This document shows, one piece after another, positions 28,968 through 38,379 of a DNA stretch of 64,000 bases. The notes under the pieces were generated by a model, which did not search any database, was not told the DNA's origin, and was given only the letters and a program-made list of their open reading frames with translations. The stretch's first letter is position 1. The number at the start of each line of letters is the position of its first letter. The position numbers and the translations under genes were made by a program. The DNA is from Chloroflexota bacterium (GTDB lineage Bacteria; Chloroflexota; Limnocylindria; Limnocylindrales; CSP1-4). Where the stretch lies: assembly GCA_003171255.1 (NCBI GenBank), contig PMYK01000029.1, forward strand, positions 11,816 through 75,815, given 5' to 3'.

Positions 28968-31292
28968 ATGCGGTACTACGAGCCCGCCGGCGTCCAGGCC
29001 GTTCTGGACAGACTCATGGCCGATCCCTCGATGTCGAGCGGCGTGCTGCACCATGCCCACCTGCCGGCAAGATCGGCCGATTTCGTTCCTATGCCGGAGT
29101 GGCTGGACCAGGGGATTCGGGCCGGTCTGGAGAGCCGCGGCATCAGCGCGCTGTATCGCCACCAGGCCGAGGCGGTGGATGCGGTCCGAGCGGGCGAGGA
29201 CGTGGTGGTCGTCACGCCTACCGCGTCGGGCAAGTCGCTCTGCTATCTCCTGCCAACCCTCCAGGCTTTGGCCGAGGATCCCACCGCTCGCGCCCTCTTC
29301 CTCTTCCCCACCAAGGCCCTGGGCCAGGACCAGGTGGCCGAGCTGGGAGAGCTGAGTCGGGCGGCGAACCTCCACGTCAACGCCTCCACGTACGACGGCG
29401 ATACCCCGAACCCGATCCGCTCCGCGATCCGATCCGCCGGACAGGTGGTAGTGACGAACCCGGACATGCTGCACGCAGCGATACTGCCTCATCACACCAA
29501 GTGGTTTCAGCTCTTCGAGCAACTCCGCTTCATCGTTATAGACGAACTGCACACTTACCGCGGCCTTTTCGGCAGCCACGTCGCGAATGTGCTGCGCCGT
29601 CTGCTGCGGATCTGTGCCCACTATGGCTCACACCCGGTGATCGTGTGCTGCTCCGCCACCATCGGGAATCCCGGCGAGCTCGCGACACTGCTGACGGGGC
29701 GCGCGGCGCGGGTCATCGACAGGAACGGCGCACCGTCGGGCGAGCGCCACATCCTCATGGTCCAGCCACCGCTGCTGGATCCCGTGACCGGCGCGAGGGG
29801 TTCGGCGCAAATGCTGGCCACAAGGTGGGCGCTGCCGTTCCTCAAGGCCGGCCGCCAGACGCTCGTCTTCGGTCGCTCCCGTGTCGGCGTGGAGCTGATG
29901 CTCTCCAGCCTGCGCGAGGCGCTGCGCCTGGGCGACGGGCCGCGGACCCGCGTTCGCGGGTATCGGGGCGGGTACCTGCCAACGGAACGGCGGGCGGTGG
30001 AGCGCGGGCTCAGGGACGGCGAGCTGCTCGGTGTCGTCACCACGAACGCTTTGGAGCTCGGTGTCGACGTGGGTCAGCTGGATGTCTCGATCCTGGCCGG
30101 GTACCCGGGCTCGATCGCGGCCACGTGGCAGCAGATGGGCCGCGCGGGACGCCGGAAGGGCACGAGCGTGTCGGTCCTGATCGCGGGTGGCGGGCCGGTC
30201 GATCGATACGTCGTCGAACACCCGGAGTTCTTGCTCGACTCTCCGCCCGAAGAAGCCCGACTGGACCCCGACAACCTGCACGTCCTGCTCGGCCATCTCA
30301 AGGCGGCCTGCTTCGAGATGCCATTCGATCCCGGCGAACGATTCGGACCCTCGGAGGCCGAACCGCTGCTCGCCTTCCTGGGCGAGGAGGGACTCGTCCG
30401 GCACGCTGCAGACGAACGCTGGTACTGGTCGAGCGACAACTTCCCGGCCTCGGCGGTCTCTCTCCGAGCTGCGGCCGAGGAGAACGTCGTGATCATCGAC
30501 ACGACGCCGGATCGGCCGCGCGTCATCGGCGAGATCGACATCTTCGCGGCCCAGACGCTCGTCCACGAAGACGCGATCTACATGCACGAGTCGGCCCAGT
30601 ACCACGTCGACAAGCTGGACTGGGACGAACGCAAGGCCTACGTCCGCCGGGTCGACGTCGACCACTACACCTATGCCGATCGGGCGGTCACGCTCAAGCC
30701 GCTCGAGACGTTCGCGTCCGCGCCGGCGACCGGCGGCGACCGAGCTCATGGCGAGGTCATGGTCTCGAGCCTGGTGAGCATGTTCAAGAAGCTCAAGTTC
30801 GGGACCGACGAGAACCTGGGTTGGGGTCCCGTCCACCTGCCCGAGATCGAGCTCCAGACGACCGCTTACTGGCTCATGCTCGGTTCGGCGGCGGAGGGCT
30901 GGCGCCGGGCCGATCTGGACGTGGGGCTGCGCGGCCTTGGGCGAGCAATTCAGGCCGTCGCGGCTGTTCTACTGATGGTGGATCCACGAGACCTGGGGCT
31001 GGTGAGCCAGGTCCGCTCGCCGCACAACCAGTCGCCCACGGTCTACCTGTACGAGGCCGTGCCCGGCGGTGTGGGTCTGTCGGAGCGGCTCTTCGAGCGC
31101 CACCACGAGCTGATGGCCGGGGCGGCCGACCTGATCTCCGGCTGCGGCTGCGAGAGTGGCTGTCCCGCCTGCACGGGTCCAAGGCTCGAGCCCGACGTGG
31201 ACGCAAAGGCGCTGGCCCTGCGACTGCTCCGGGCACTGGTCGCCGATTCCCGCCCCGCCGCTCGCGCGACCGCCCCTGGAGCAGCCGCATGA
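28968..31292 (+). CDS. DEAD/DEAH-box helicase with a C-terminal DUF1998 zinc module (YprA/MrfA-like)
   Basis: 774 aa. The RBS is GAGGTAGG. Walker A is TPTASGKSLCY and the DExH box is VIDELHTYRG. The C-terminal Cys cluster reads CGCESGCPACTGP. Confidence 0.88.
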   Translation: MRYYEPAGVQAVLDRLMADPSMSSGVLHHAHLPARSADFVPMPEWLDQGIRAGLESRGISALYRHQAEAVDAVRAGEDVVVVTPTASGKSLCYLLPTLQALAEDPTARALFLFPTKALGQDQVAELGELSRAANLHVNASTYDGDTPNPIRSAIRSAGQVVVTNPDMLHAAILPHHTKWFQLFEQLRFIVIDELHTYRGLFGSHVANVLRRLLRICAHYGSHPVIVCCSATIGNPGELATLLTGRAARVIDRNGAPSGERHILMVQPPLLDPVTGARGSAQMLATRWALPFLKAGRQTLVFGRSRVGVELMLSSLREALRLGDGPRTRVRGYRGGYLPTERRAVERGLRDGELLGVVTTNALELGVDVGQLDVSILAGYPGSIAATWQQMGRAGRRKGTSVSVLIAGGGPVDRYVVEHPEFLLDSPPEEARLDPDNLHVLLGHLKAACFEMPFDPGERFGPSEAEPLLAFLGEEGLVRHAADERWYWSSDNFPASAVSLRAAAEENVVIIDTTPDRPRVIGEIDIFAAQTLVHEDAIYMHESAQYHVDKLDWDERKAYVRRVDVDHYTYADRAVTLKPLETFASAPATGGDRAHGEVMVSSLVSMFKKLKFGTDENLGWGPVHLPEIELQTTAYWLMLGSAAEGWRRADLDVGLRGLGRAIQAVAAVLLMVDPRDLGLVSQVRSPHNQSPTVYLYEAVPGGVGLSERLFERHHELMAGAADLISGCGCESGCPACTGPRLEPDVDAKALALRLLRALVADSRPAARATAPGAAA

Positions 31293-32611
31293 CCGTCGAC
31301 GGAACGCGCCTCCAGCGCCGCCTGGAGGACCTGCGTCGCGAGCGGGCGTCCGTGGGGCGAGCCGAGCGCTCTGGCGAGGTCGATCCGGAGATCAGTCGGA
31401 AGATCGCCGAGGTCGTTGCAGCGGGCGAAGCCTATGGCACTCCGCAGCCGGTCTGGCACGGCGTAGGCGCAGTGGACCCTGAATCGCTCGCCCGACGCAT
31501 GGCCAAGGGTCTGGACGCTGATGCCGTCGAGACGCCGCATGGCTGGTATGTCCGGCGCGAGCTCCGGCCCGTCTACCTGCCGATCGACCGCACTCGACTT
31601 GCAGATCTGCCGGGCCTGCCACCGGCGGGCACTCCCCTCCTCTGTCTGGACACCGAGACGACCGGTCTGGGATCCGCTGCCGGCACCGTGGCGTTCCTCA
31701 TTGGCATCGGCTGGTGGCAGGGGGATCGGCTGCGCCTGGTGCAGTTGTTTCTGCCGGACTATTCGGAAGAGAGGGCCCTTCTTGACGCCCTGGCCGACGA
31801 GATACCCCCCGGCGCTTGTCTCGTGACCTACAACGGCCGCACGTTCGACTGGCCACTCCTCGAAACCCGTTTCCGGATGGGGCGTCGCGTACCACCGGCG
31901 CTGGACGCCCACCTGGACCTGCTGCTCCTCGTCCGCCGCCTCTTCCGGCATCGCCTCCCGGACGCTCGCCTCCAGACCGTGGAACGGCACCTTCTCCGCC
32001 GCCACCGCGCGCCGGACATTCCGTCGTGGGAGATTCCGGCCGTCTATCACTCGTTCCTGCGGGGCGGCCCAGCGGCGCCGGTTCGTGTTGTCGCCCGCCA
32101 CAACGCCGAGGACGTGGTCACGCTCGGTCGCATCCTGGCCCACCTCGAACGTGGCTACGCCGGGAGCGAGGTTCGCCGCTGGGCGCCTCCCGGCGACCTC
32201 GTCCGGCTGGCGCGCCTCTTCCGCCACGAGGGCCGGATCGACGAAGCGGTCGCTTGCCTGGAGATGGCCGGCGCGCCGATCGACGGCGGCGATCCAGACG
32301 TGGCCCTGGCCACGGTGGAGCTTGCCCGGTTGCTGCGCCGCTGCGGCCGGCTTGCGGAGGCAGGCGTGGCGTGGAGTCGCCTCGTGACTTCGCCAGGGCC
32401 ACTCGCCGGCCTCGGCTGGATCGAGCTGGCCAAGGAGCGCGAACACCGCGAACGTGACCTTGCAGGAGCGTGGGCGGCCACCGACGAGGCCCTCCTGGCC
32501 CTGTGCCGAAGCCGGGGTCACGGAAATGCCATGCAACGCCGCGCCCTGGAGGCCGACCTGGCCAAGCGCCGGGCACGGCTGGCTCGCCGGCTGGAGCGCG
32601 CCGCTCTCTAG
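31289..32611 (+). CDS. YprB/MrfB-like RNase-H-fold (DEDDh) exonuclease with a helical TPR-like C-terminus
   Basis: The ATG at 31289 overlaps the helicase stop (ATGA). Exonuclease motifs are LCLDTETTGL, VTYNGRTFDWPLL and ARHNAEDVV. This is only the last 440 codons of the 1170-aa track ORF. Confidence 0.8.
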   Translation: MTVDGTRLQRRLEDLRRERASVGRAERSGEVDPEISRKIAEVVAAGEAYGTPQPVWHGVGAVDPESLARRMAKGLDADAVETPHGWYVRRELRPVYLPIDRTRLADLPGLPPAGTPLLCLDTETTGLGSAAGTVAFLIGIGWWQGDRLRLVQLFLPDYSEERALLDALADEIPPGACLVTYNGRTFDWPLLETRFRMGRRVPPALDAHLDLLLLVRRLFRHRLPDARLQTVERHLLRRHRAPDIPSWEIPAVYHSFLRGGPAAPVRVVARHNAEDVVTLGRILAHLERGYAGSEVRRWAPPGDLVRLARLFRHEGRIDEAVACLEMAGAPIDGGDPDVALATVELARLLRRCGRLAEAGVAWSRLVTSPGPLAGLGWIELAKEREHRERDLAGAWAATDEALLALCRSRGHGNAMQRRALEADLAKRRARLARRLERAAL

Positions 32612-33486
32612 CCGCCGCCGCGAGATAGCCTGGCGCCCACCCGGCTCCTGGTCGGAACTCCGGCCAGACCAGCGCCCTCGACCGAGCACGACGCGGCGGC
32701 CGCGGCAAATCGCAAGGTCGCCTCCGTGGCCAGCTCACCGGATTGGATCCACGCCGTCATCAGCCCGGCGAGGAACACGTCCCCGGCGCCGGTCGGATCA
32801 ACGACGGCATCCGCGGCCACGGCCCGATACCGGATGAGGTCGTTGCCGCGGACGGCCGCTCCCCCGTTCTCTCCGGCGGTGAGCACGATGGTCGCGTTGG
32901 GGGCGAAGGCCTGCAGATCGGCGAGTGGCATGCCCTGTGGAACGTCATCGACGCTGGCACAGACGAGCCCGGCCGCGGCAACCACCGCGGCTTCTCGGTA
33001 CGGAGCCTGTCGCGGCGCAACCCGAGTCACCCAGCCATCGTCGTCGAAGCTGCGCAGCAGTCCCTGCCAACCCACGCCGATGCGAGCTCCGCTGATCGCC
33101 GCGGCCTCGGCCTCGGCCAACCAATCCTCCCCCACTTCACCGGCAACCGGAACGAGCAACAGGCCACTCGTGCCGCGCCACTCCCCGGGGAGCGCCGCCG
33201 GCAACACATCGCTCTTCGAACGCCACCTCTGCCGCCTGTGCCCGTCCGCTTCGAGGTTCTCGAAGATCGGCCCATGATCGAGCCGGACGCGCCGCAGGTC
33301 GACCCCGGCCGACTCGAGCAGAGCCAGCTCGCCGGCGTCGCTGGCGAGTGCGTCGACACCGAGGAGGCAGCCGACCCGCAGCCCCAGCAGCGCCGCAGTC
33401 AGCGAGCAGTAGGCCGCCGCGCCTCCGAGCCGCCAGCCTCGCGTATCGTCAGCGGTCAGATCGCGAGAGGCGGCTCCAATCACCAC
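32608..33486 (-). CDS. PfkB-family carbohydrate/nucleoside kinase
   Basis: 292 aa starting at GTG. The C-terminal signature is VVDPTGAGDVFLAGL. The N-terminus reads LGGAAAYCSL. Confidence 0.75.
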   Translation of the reverse strand: MVIGAASRDLTADDTRGWRLGGAAAYCSLTAALLGLRVGCLLGVDALASDAGELALLESAGVDLRRVRLDHGPIFENLEADGHRRQRWRSKSDVLPAALPGEWRGTSGLLLVPVAGEVGEDWLAEAEAAAISGARIGVGWQGLLRSFDDDGWVTRVAPRQAPYREAAVVAAAGLVCASVDDVPQGMPLADLQAFAPNATIVLTAGENGGAAVRGNDLIRYRAVAADAVVDPTGAGDVFLAGLMTAWIQSGELATEATLRFAAAAASCSVEGAGLAGVPTRSRVGARLSRGGG

Positions 33487-33593
33487 CAGCCCGATGGCGT
33501 CATTTGGGACCGGCTCGGCCCGGCCCTTGGTCGCCGATGACGAGCGGTATACTCGGCTCGTTTTCAGACCCTTTCCTCCTTTGGAGTCGAACC

Positions 33594-33941
33594 GTGTTCT
33601 TCTACGAACTCCGCGAGGGCGACAACGACGTCTACGCCGACGTACTTCTCGTCAGCGAGGAGGAAATGGACGCCGACTCCTTCTTCGAGCTCGTCCAATC
33701 GATCCGCATCAGCGTCCAGGACCATTTCGAACAAGACACCCTGATCGAGGCCATCGCCGGAGAGCTGGAGCGCGACCACGGCTTCACACCCATCTCCGAC
33801 GAGCGCCTGACCGCGTCGGTCAACGTTTCGAAGCAGGAAGACGACAACTACCTCGCCAGCATCGACTCCGACGATGACGACTCGCCTGACTACCGCGGCA
33901 TCTTCGTCGACATGCCCGCCGACGGCACGCTGCCCAACTGA
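33594..33941 (+). CDS. Small, highly acidic hypothetical protein (115 aa)
   Basis: GTG at 33594, 7 nt after a GGAG. Third-position C/G bias is strongly coding-like. The sequence reads FFYELREGDNDVYADVLLVSEEEMDADSFFELV...SIDSDDDDSPDYRGIFVDM. I recognise no family. Confidence 0.55.
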   Translation: MFFYELREGDNDVYADVLLVSEEEMDADSFFELVQSIRISVQDHFEQDTLIEAIAGELERDHGFTPISDERLTASVNVSKQEDDNYLASIDSDDDDSPDYRGIFVDMPADGTLPN

Positions 33942-33961
33942 CTCGGTCGGACGCCGGGACG

Positions 33962-35065
33962 CTATCGGCTGAAGAGGATCTCGATTACGTCGCCGTCCTT
34001 CACCGTGTACGTCTTGCCCTCGGAGCGCAACTTACCGTGCTTGCGCGCCTCGGCCATCGTCTTCAGCGTGACCAGATCGGCGTAGGGCACGACCTCGGCC
34101 CTGATGAAACCGCGGGCGAGGTCCGTGTGGATGGCGGCCGCGGCGTCGACTGATGACGACGAGTTTGGGATGGGCCAGGCTCGAACCTCGTCCGGACCCG
34201 CAGTCAGGAACGAGATCAGCCCGAGCAGCCGATAGCTCAGCCGGATGACCCGATCGAGACTGGACTCGGAGAGTCCCAGCTCGGCCATGAAGACCGCCGC
34301 TTCGTCGGGTTCCAGCTCACCAAGCTCCATCTCGATCTTGGCCGACAGGGCATCGACGAGCGTCTTCGGATGCTCGTAGCGAGCGGCTATCCCGGCCACT
34401 ATCTCCCGCTCCCGCGGCAAGTCCGCCTCGCCGACGTTGAGCAGCACCAGGACGGGCTTCTGGGTCAGGAAGCGGAAACCGCGGATTGCTTTCTCTTCCT
34501 CGGCCGTCAGCGACTCGGCGCGGAGAGGTTGGCCTGCGGCCAGCGGGCCGTGCAGTCGCTCCAGCAGCTCGAGCTCGCGGTCATTCGACTCGCGCTCCGC
34601 CGGTGTCCCGTGGTGGCCGCTTGCCTTCAGCCGCTCGATCCGCTTCTCGATCATCGACAGGTCGGCCAGGATGAACTCCAGGTCGAGCCGCTCGAGGTCG
34701 CGCCAGGCGTCGACCGAGCCGTCGGGGTGCGGCACGCTCGCGTCTTCGAACGCCCGGACGACATGCAGCAGCGCGTCGGCCTCGCGCAGTCGGGCCAGCT
34801 GGTCCGCGGGCAGCTCGTCGGTCCCGACGCGGCCTTCGGTCGACGACGGCGGGGCGGGCAGATCGAAGTAGGTCACGTCCGCCTGGACGATCTTCTTCGG
34901 CTTGAAGATCTCGGCCAGCCTGTCGAGCCGCTCGTCGGGGACCTTCACGGTTCCGACGTGCAACTCCATGCCGCCGTAGCCGCCGGTTTGGGCGTGGCCC
35001 CGGGTAAGCGTGTTGAAGACTGTCGTCTTCCCCGAGCCGGCAAGCCCGACGATGGCGATCTGCAT
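33962..35065 (-). CDS. ychF: Ribosome-binding ATPase YchF (Obg-like family)
   Basis: 367 aa. The N-terminus reads MQIAIVGLAGSGKTTVFNTLT. The C-terminal TGS-like domain reads AWPIP...AAAIHTDLARGFIRAEVV. Confidence 0.88.
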   Translation of the reverse strand: MQIAIVGLAGSGKTTVFNTLTRGHAQTGGYGGMELHVGTVKVPDERLDRLAEIFKPKKIVQADVTYFDLPAPPSSTEGRVGTDELPADQLARLREADALLHVVRAFEDASVPHPDGSVDAWRDLERLDLEFILADLSMIEKRIERLKASGHHGTPAERESNDRELELLERLHGPLAAGQPLRAESLTAEEEKAIRGFRFLTQKPVLVLLNVGEADLPREREIVAGIAARYEHPKTLVDALSAKIEMELGELEPDEAAVFMAELGLSESSLDRVIRLSYRLLGLISFLTAGPDEVRAWPIPNSSSSVDAAAAIHTDLARGFIRAEVVPYADLVTLKTMAEARKHGKLRSEGKTYTVKDGDVIEILFSR

Positions 35066-35159
35066 GAGCTGGTGGTCTCCCTAGCGAGGCGGCGGTGGCG
35101 CCGCGCACATGCTAACGGAGGCGGGCCGCGAAAGGATCGACAGTCCGACCAATTGCCTG

Positions 35160-36191
35160 CTAGTAGCCCGCCGCCAGGTCAACCACGTGCTGGAGCGGTG
35201 TGCCGGCACGGTAGAGGCGCAGGTTGTCGCAGAAGACGTCCAGCGTCCGGCCGAGGACATCCGCACTGGACCAGCTCGTATGCGGCGTGACGATGCAGTT
35301 GGAGAGCCGGTAGAAGGGCGAGGTCTCGGGCAGGGGCTCCTCTCGGAACGCGTCCAGAACCGCGCCGCCAAGCGGCCCGGAGCGCAGCGCCCGGAGCATC
35401 GCCGACTCGTCGAGCAGGCCGCCACGGGCCACGTTGATGACCCAGGCTCCGGGCTTGGCGCCGGCCAATATCTCGTCATTGATCAATCCGTCGGTCTCGC
35501 CGGTAAGAGGCAGTCCAAGGACGACGAAGTCGGACGTGGCGAACAGCTGCGGCAGCGCGTCGAGCCCGCCCAGGACCTCAACGCCCACCACTGGACCGGC
35601 CTCCGGGCGGCGCCGGATCGCCACGATACGGGGTCCGAACGGCCGCGCCAGATTGGCGACCTCGCAGCCGATGCCGCCCAGGCCAACGAGGCCGATCGTA
35701 GTTCGGGCCAGCTCCCTGGCCTCCAGGGGCTGCCATGTCCGCTCACGCTGCAGCTCGAGGAGCTGGGGCAGGTTGCGGCACAGCGCCAGGATCATCGTCA
35801 TCACGTATTCGGCGATCGGGCGGTCGAACACGCCCCGGCCGTTGGTGACGGTCAGGCCGCGCAGGCGGACGCATGGTGTCAGAACCGCTTCGACACCGAC
35901 CGAGACCGAATGGATCCAGCGCATCTTCGGCGCCCGGCCGACCAACCGATCGAGAGGATCGCCGCCCAGCGACCAGCCTCGCAGCAGAACCTCGACATCG
36001 TCAACGGGCTCGTCCGCGATTCCTTCCGCACTCACGGGAACCAGCCTCGCCCCCGGGGCGGCCTGGAGAATCTTCTGACGCATCACCCCGAATGCGTCGC
36101 GACCGGTCAGGACCGGGCTGATTGCGATAGCCAGCGGCGAGCCGTCCGGCCCGTGTCCGGGTCCGACGATTGCGAGGCTCTCGGCGTTCAT
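35160..36191 (-). CDS. D-isomer-specific 2-hydroxyacid dehydrogenase family, NAD-binding
   Basis: 343 aa. The sequence reads IGLVGLGGIGCEVANLARPFG...VINVARGGLLDE...IVTPHTSW. The RBS is AGGGGAAG. Confidence 0.8.
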   Translation of the reverse strand: MNAESLAIVGPGHGPDGSPLAIAISPVLTGRDAFGVMRQKILQAAPGARLVPVSAEGIADEPVDDVEVLLRGWSLGGDPLDRLVGRAPKMRWIHSVSVGVEAVLTPCVRLRGLTVTNGRGVFDRPIAEYVMTMILALCRNLPQLLELQRERTWQPLEARELARTTIGLVGLGGIGCEVANLARPFGPRIVAIRRRPEAGPVVGVEVLGGLDALPQLFATSDFVVLGLPLTGETDGLINDEILAGAKPGAWVINVARGGLLDESAMLRALRSGPLGGAVLDAFREEPLPETSPFYRLSNCIVTPHTSWSSADVLGRTLDVFCDNLRLYRAGTPLQHVVDLAAGY

Positions 36192-36219
36192 TGCTTCCCC
36201 TGTGCTAAGCCGGTTCCAT

Positions 36220-37458
36220 TCAGGGCGTGGACATCACCCTTGCCACCCAACTTGACGGAAGATCTATCTCCTCTGGTGATGGCAGAGTCTCCGGGCCGAT
36301 CCACAGCGTTCGCAGCGCCTCAGCGCCGCGGGCCCGGGCGATTGCGGCGACGAACTCCTCTCCCTTGCGGTACTGCTCCATCTTGAGGTCCATCCCGGTC
36401 AGCCGCATCATCGCCCGCTCGAACCCCGACCGCGACTCACGCCGGGCATGGAACCGGGCGCTGATGCGCTCCACTTCCGGGACCAGTTCCCGCCCTACCT
36501 CGTCCATGATGTAGTCGCCGAAGCCCTCCAGCAGGCTCATCACCGCCTGTATCTCGCGAAACTCACGACGCTGGTCCGCGCTCATGAGCCCCTCCATCCA
36601 GTGCTCGCCCGAGCCTGCACCTCGCAACGCGCGCCCCAACTGACCCAGGGCACCGCGACTCAACGCTGCCGAGCCACTCGACAGCGAGGCGAGCTGCCGC
36701 TCGAGGCGCGAGGCCAGGTACGGCCGGAGCCACGGATGCGCCTCGAACTCGAAGGCGTGGGTCGTCTCGTGCAGAGCGATCCATGTCCGGAACGGATTGA
36801 GCGGCAACTCCAGGGCCTCAGCCGTCCGGCGGATGTTCTCGTCCACGAACAGGAGCCGGCCCGGAGCCGACTCCGCGGTCAACAGGGCGATGTCGTACTG
36901 GCCCAGGACGCGCTGGCCCATGAACCCCAGCAGATAGCCGATCTGGCGTGTCGTCACCATCCGGTTGGCGATGGCCATTGTGGCCTTGACCAGACCCGAG
37001 CCGGGCGGGATGACCTGGTCGAGGAGATCGGCCTCCACCTTGTTCATGAGCGCGCCGAACGTGGCCACGTTGGCGTGGACCCAGTCCTCGCGAGCGACGA
37101 CACCGCTGCGCTCGACGATGCCGGGCATCTCGGCGTCGAGGGCACGACTCAGGGCCGGCACGATCTCGGCCATGGCGGAGGCGTAGATCGGCTCGGCCCG
37201 GCGGAGCTCGGAGGGATCGAGAGTGCCGGGTGCGTTCCGGACGCGAGCGGCCGCCTGGCGCTCCGCCGCCTTCCAGTCGATCAGACCTCGACGGGCAGAC
37301 CGTTCGGCGCGATGGCCGAGCACCGTAGCGGCGGCGCCGACGACTGCACCGGCGAGGAACCCGGCCTTCAGGAACGCGCCACGCCGCCAACCGGCGCGTG
37401 AGGGTCTACGCGGAGGAAGCGGCCGACCACCCCGCTCCGTCGGGGTGTAGTTTCTCAC
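36220..37458 (-). CDS. DUF2342-type zinc-dependent metalloprotease (the family often annotated as F420-biosynthesis-associated)
   Basis: 412 aa. The HExxH motif sits in WIALHETTHAFEFEAHPWLRPYL. The GTG start overlaps the murI stop (GTGA at 37455-37458). The start is uncertain. Confidence 0.7.
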   Translation of the reverse strand: MRNYTPTERGGRPLPPRRPSRAGWRRGAFLKAGFLAGAVVGAAATVLGHRAERSARRGLIDWKAAERQAAARVRNAPGTLDPSELRRAEPIYASAMAEIVPALSRALDAEMPGIVERSGVVAREDWVHANVATFGALMNKVEADLLDQVIPPGSGLVKATMAIANRMVTTRQIGYLLGFMGQRVLGQYDIALLTAESAPGRLLFVDENIRRTAEALELPLNPFRTWIALHETTHAFEFEAHPWLRPYLASRLERQLASLSSGSAALSRGALGQLGRALRGAGSGEHWMEGLMSADQRREFREIQAVMSLLEGFGDYIMDEVGRELVPEVERISARFHARRESRSGFERAMMRLTGMDLKMEQYRKGEEFVAAIARARGAEALRTLWIGPETLPSPEEIDLPSSWVARVMSTP

Positions 37459-38375
37459 GCGACGCCGGCTTCCAGCTCCACGGCGTCGACGTCCGGGAAC
37501 TCCTCGCCGAACATTCGCCCGGCGACCACCCTGAATGCCGCCACGTCGCCAGTCGTCAGCTGGCGATGGGTCGGCACCTCGGCCGTCTCCCCGGGCGGCT
37601 CGTGGCCGGCCATGCCGGCGTCGGCGGCCGTGCCCCGGCTCGTGCCGGGGGCTTCCATTGCGTTCACCGATAGCAGCTCCGAGAGCGATGACGCAGTGGC
37701 TGTGGCCGAGTCCACGATGGCCACGCTGTCGCCGACGATCTCACGCAATGTGCCGGCCAGCAGCGGGTAGTGGGTGCAACCCAGCAGCAGCGTGTCGATC
37801 CTCGCCGATGGCGGCAACGGGAAGATGAATTCGCCGTCCTCGTTGCGCTCGCCGAGAAGGGGCGCCACAGCGGCTCGTACCGCCGACTCCACCTCGGGCC
37901 CGGTCAGCCGGCCTGCCTCGACGAGCGGGACCAGGCTCGGCGTGGCGTGCTCGTACACCTCGATGGCCGGATTCTCGTCCTTGATCGCGTTGAAGTACGC
38001 CCGGGAGCGCACTGTGGCCGGCGTGGCGATGACGCCGACGCGTCTGTTGCGCGTCGCCAGCGCGGCCGCCGCAGCTCCGGGCCTGACCACGCCCAGCACG
38101 GGCAGGTCGTAGCGGCGCCGGAAATCACCCAGGGCAACCGATGTCGACGTGTTGCAGGCCACCACCAGCGCCTTCACGTCACGCCCCACGAGGGCGTCGA
38201 GCGCCTGGATGCTGAACCGCCTCACCTCGTCGTCGGTGCGGACGCCGTAGGGTGCGCGGGCGTTGTCGCCCAGGTAGATGGTCGACTCGAACGGCAGGCG
38301 CCGCAGGATCTCGCGCAGGACGGTGAGCCCGCCCACTCCCGAGTCGAACACGCCAATCGGACGCCTGTCGGACAC
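37455..38375 (-). CDS. murI: Glutamate racemase
   Basis: 306 aa starting at GTG. Motifs are IGVFDSGVGGLTV, VVACNTSTS and GCTHYPLL. It carries a C-terminal extension of about 45 aa. Confidence 0.92.
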   Translation of the reverse strand: MSDRRPIGVFDSGVGGLTVLREILRRLPFESTIYLGDNARAPYGVRTDDEVRRFSIQALDALVGRDVKALVVACNTSTSVALGDFRRRYDLPVLGVVRPGAAAAALATRNRRVGVIATPATVRSRAYFNAIKDENPAIEVYEHATPSLVPLVEAGRLTGPEVESAVRAAVAPLLGERNEDGEFIFPLPPSARIDTLLLGCTHYPLLAGTLREIVGDSVAIVDSATATASSLSELLSVNAMEAPGTSRGTAADAGMAGHEPPGETAEVPTHRQLTTGDVAAFRVVAGRMFGEEFPDVDAVELEAGVA

Positions 38376-38379
38376 GGCC

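Noticed and set aside
29099-32611. A 1170-aa plus-strand ORF, the longest in the track
   Set aside because: It is a chimera. The first 730 or so codons are an out-of-frame read through the helicase gene, and their composition (Arg/Pro/Gly-rich) is typical of a wrong frame in GC-rich DNA. Only the part from ATG 31289 onward shows real exonuclease motifs.
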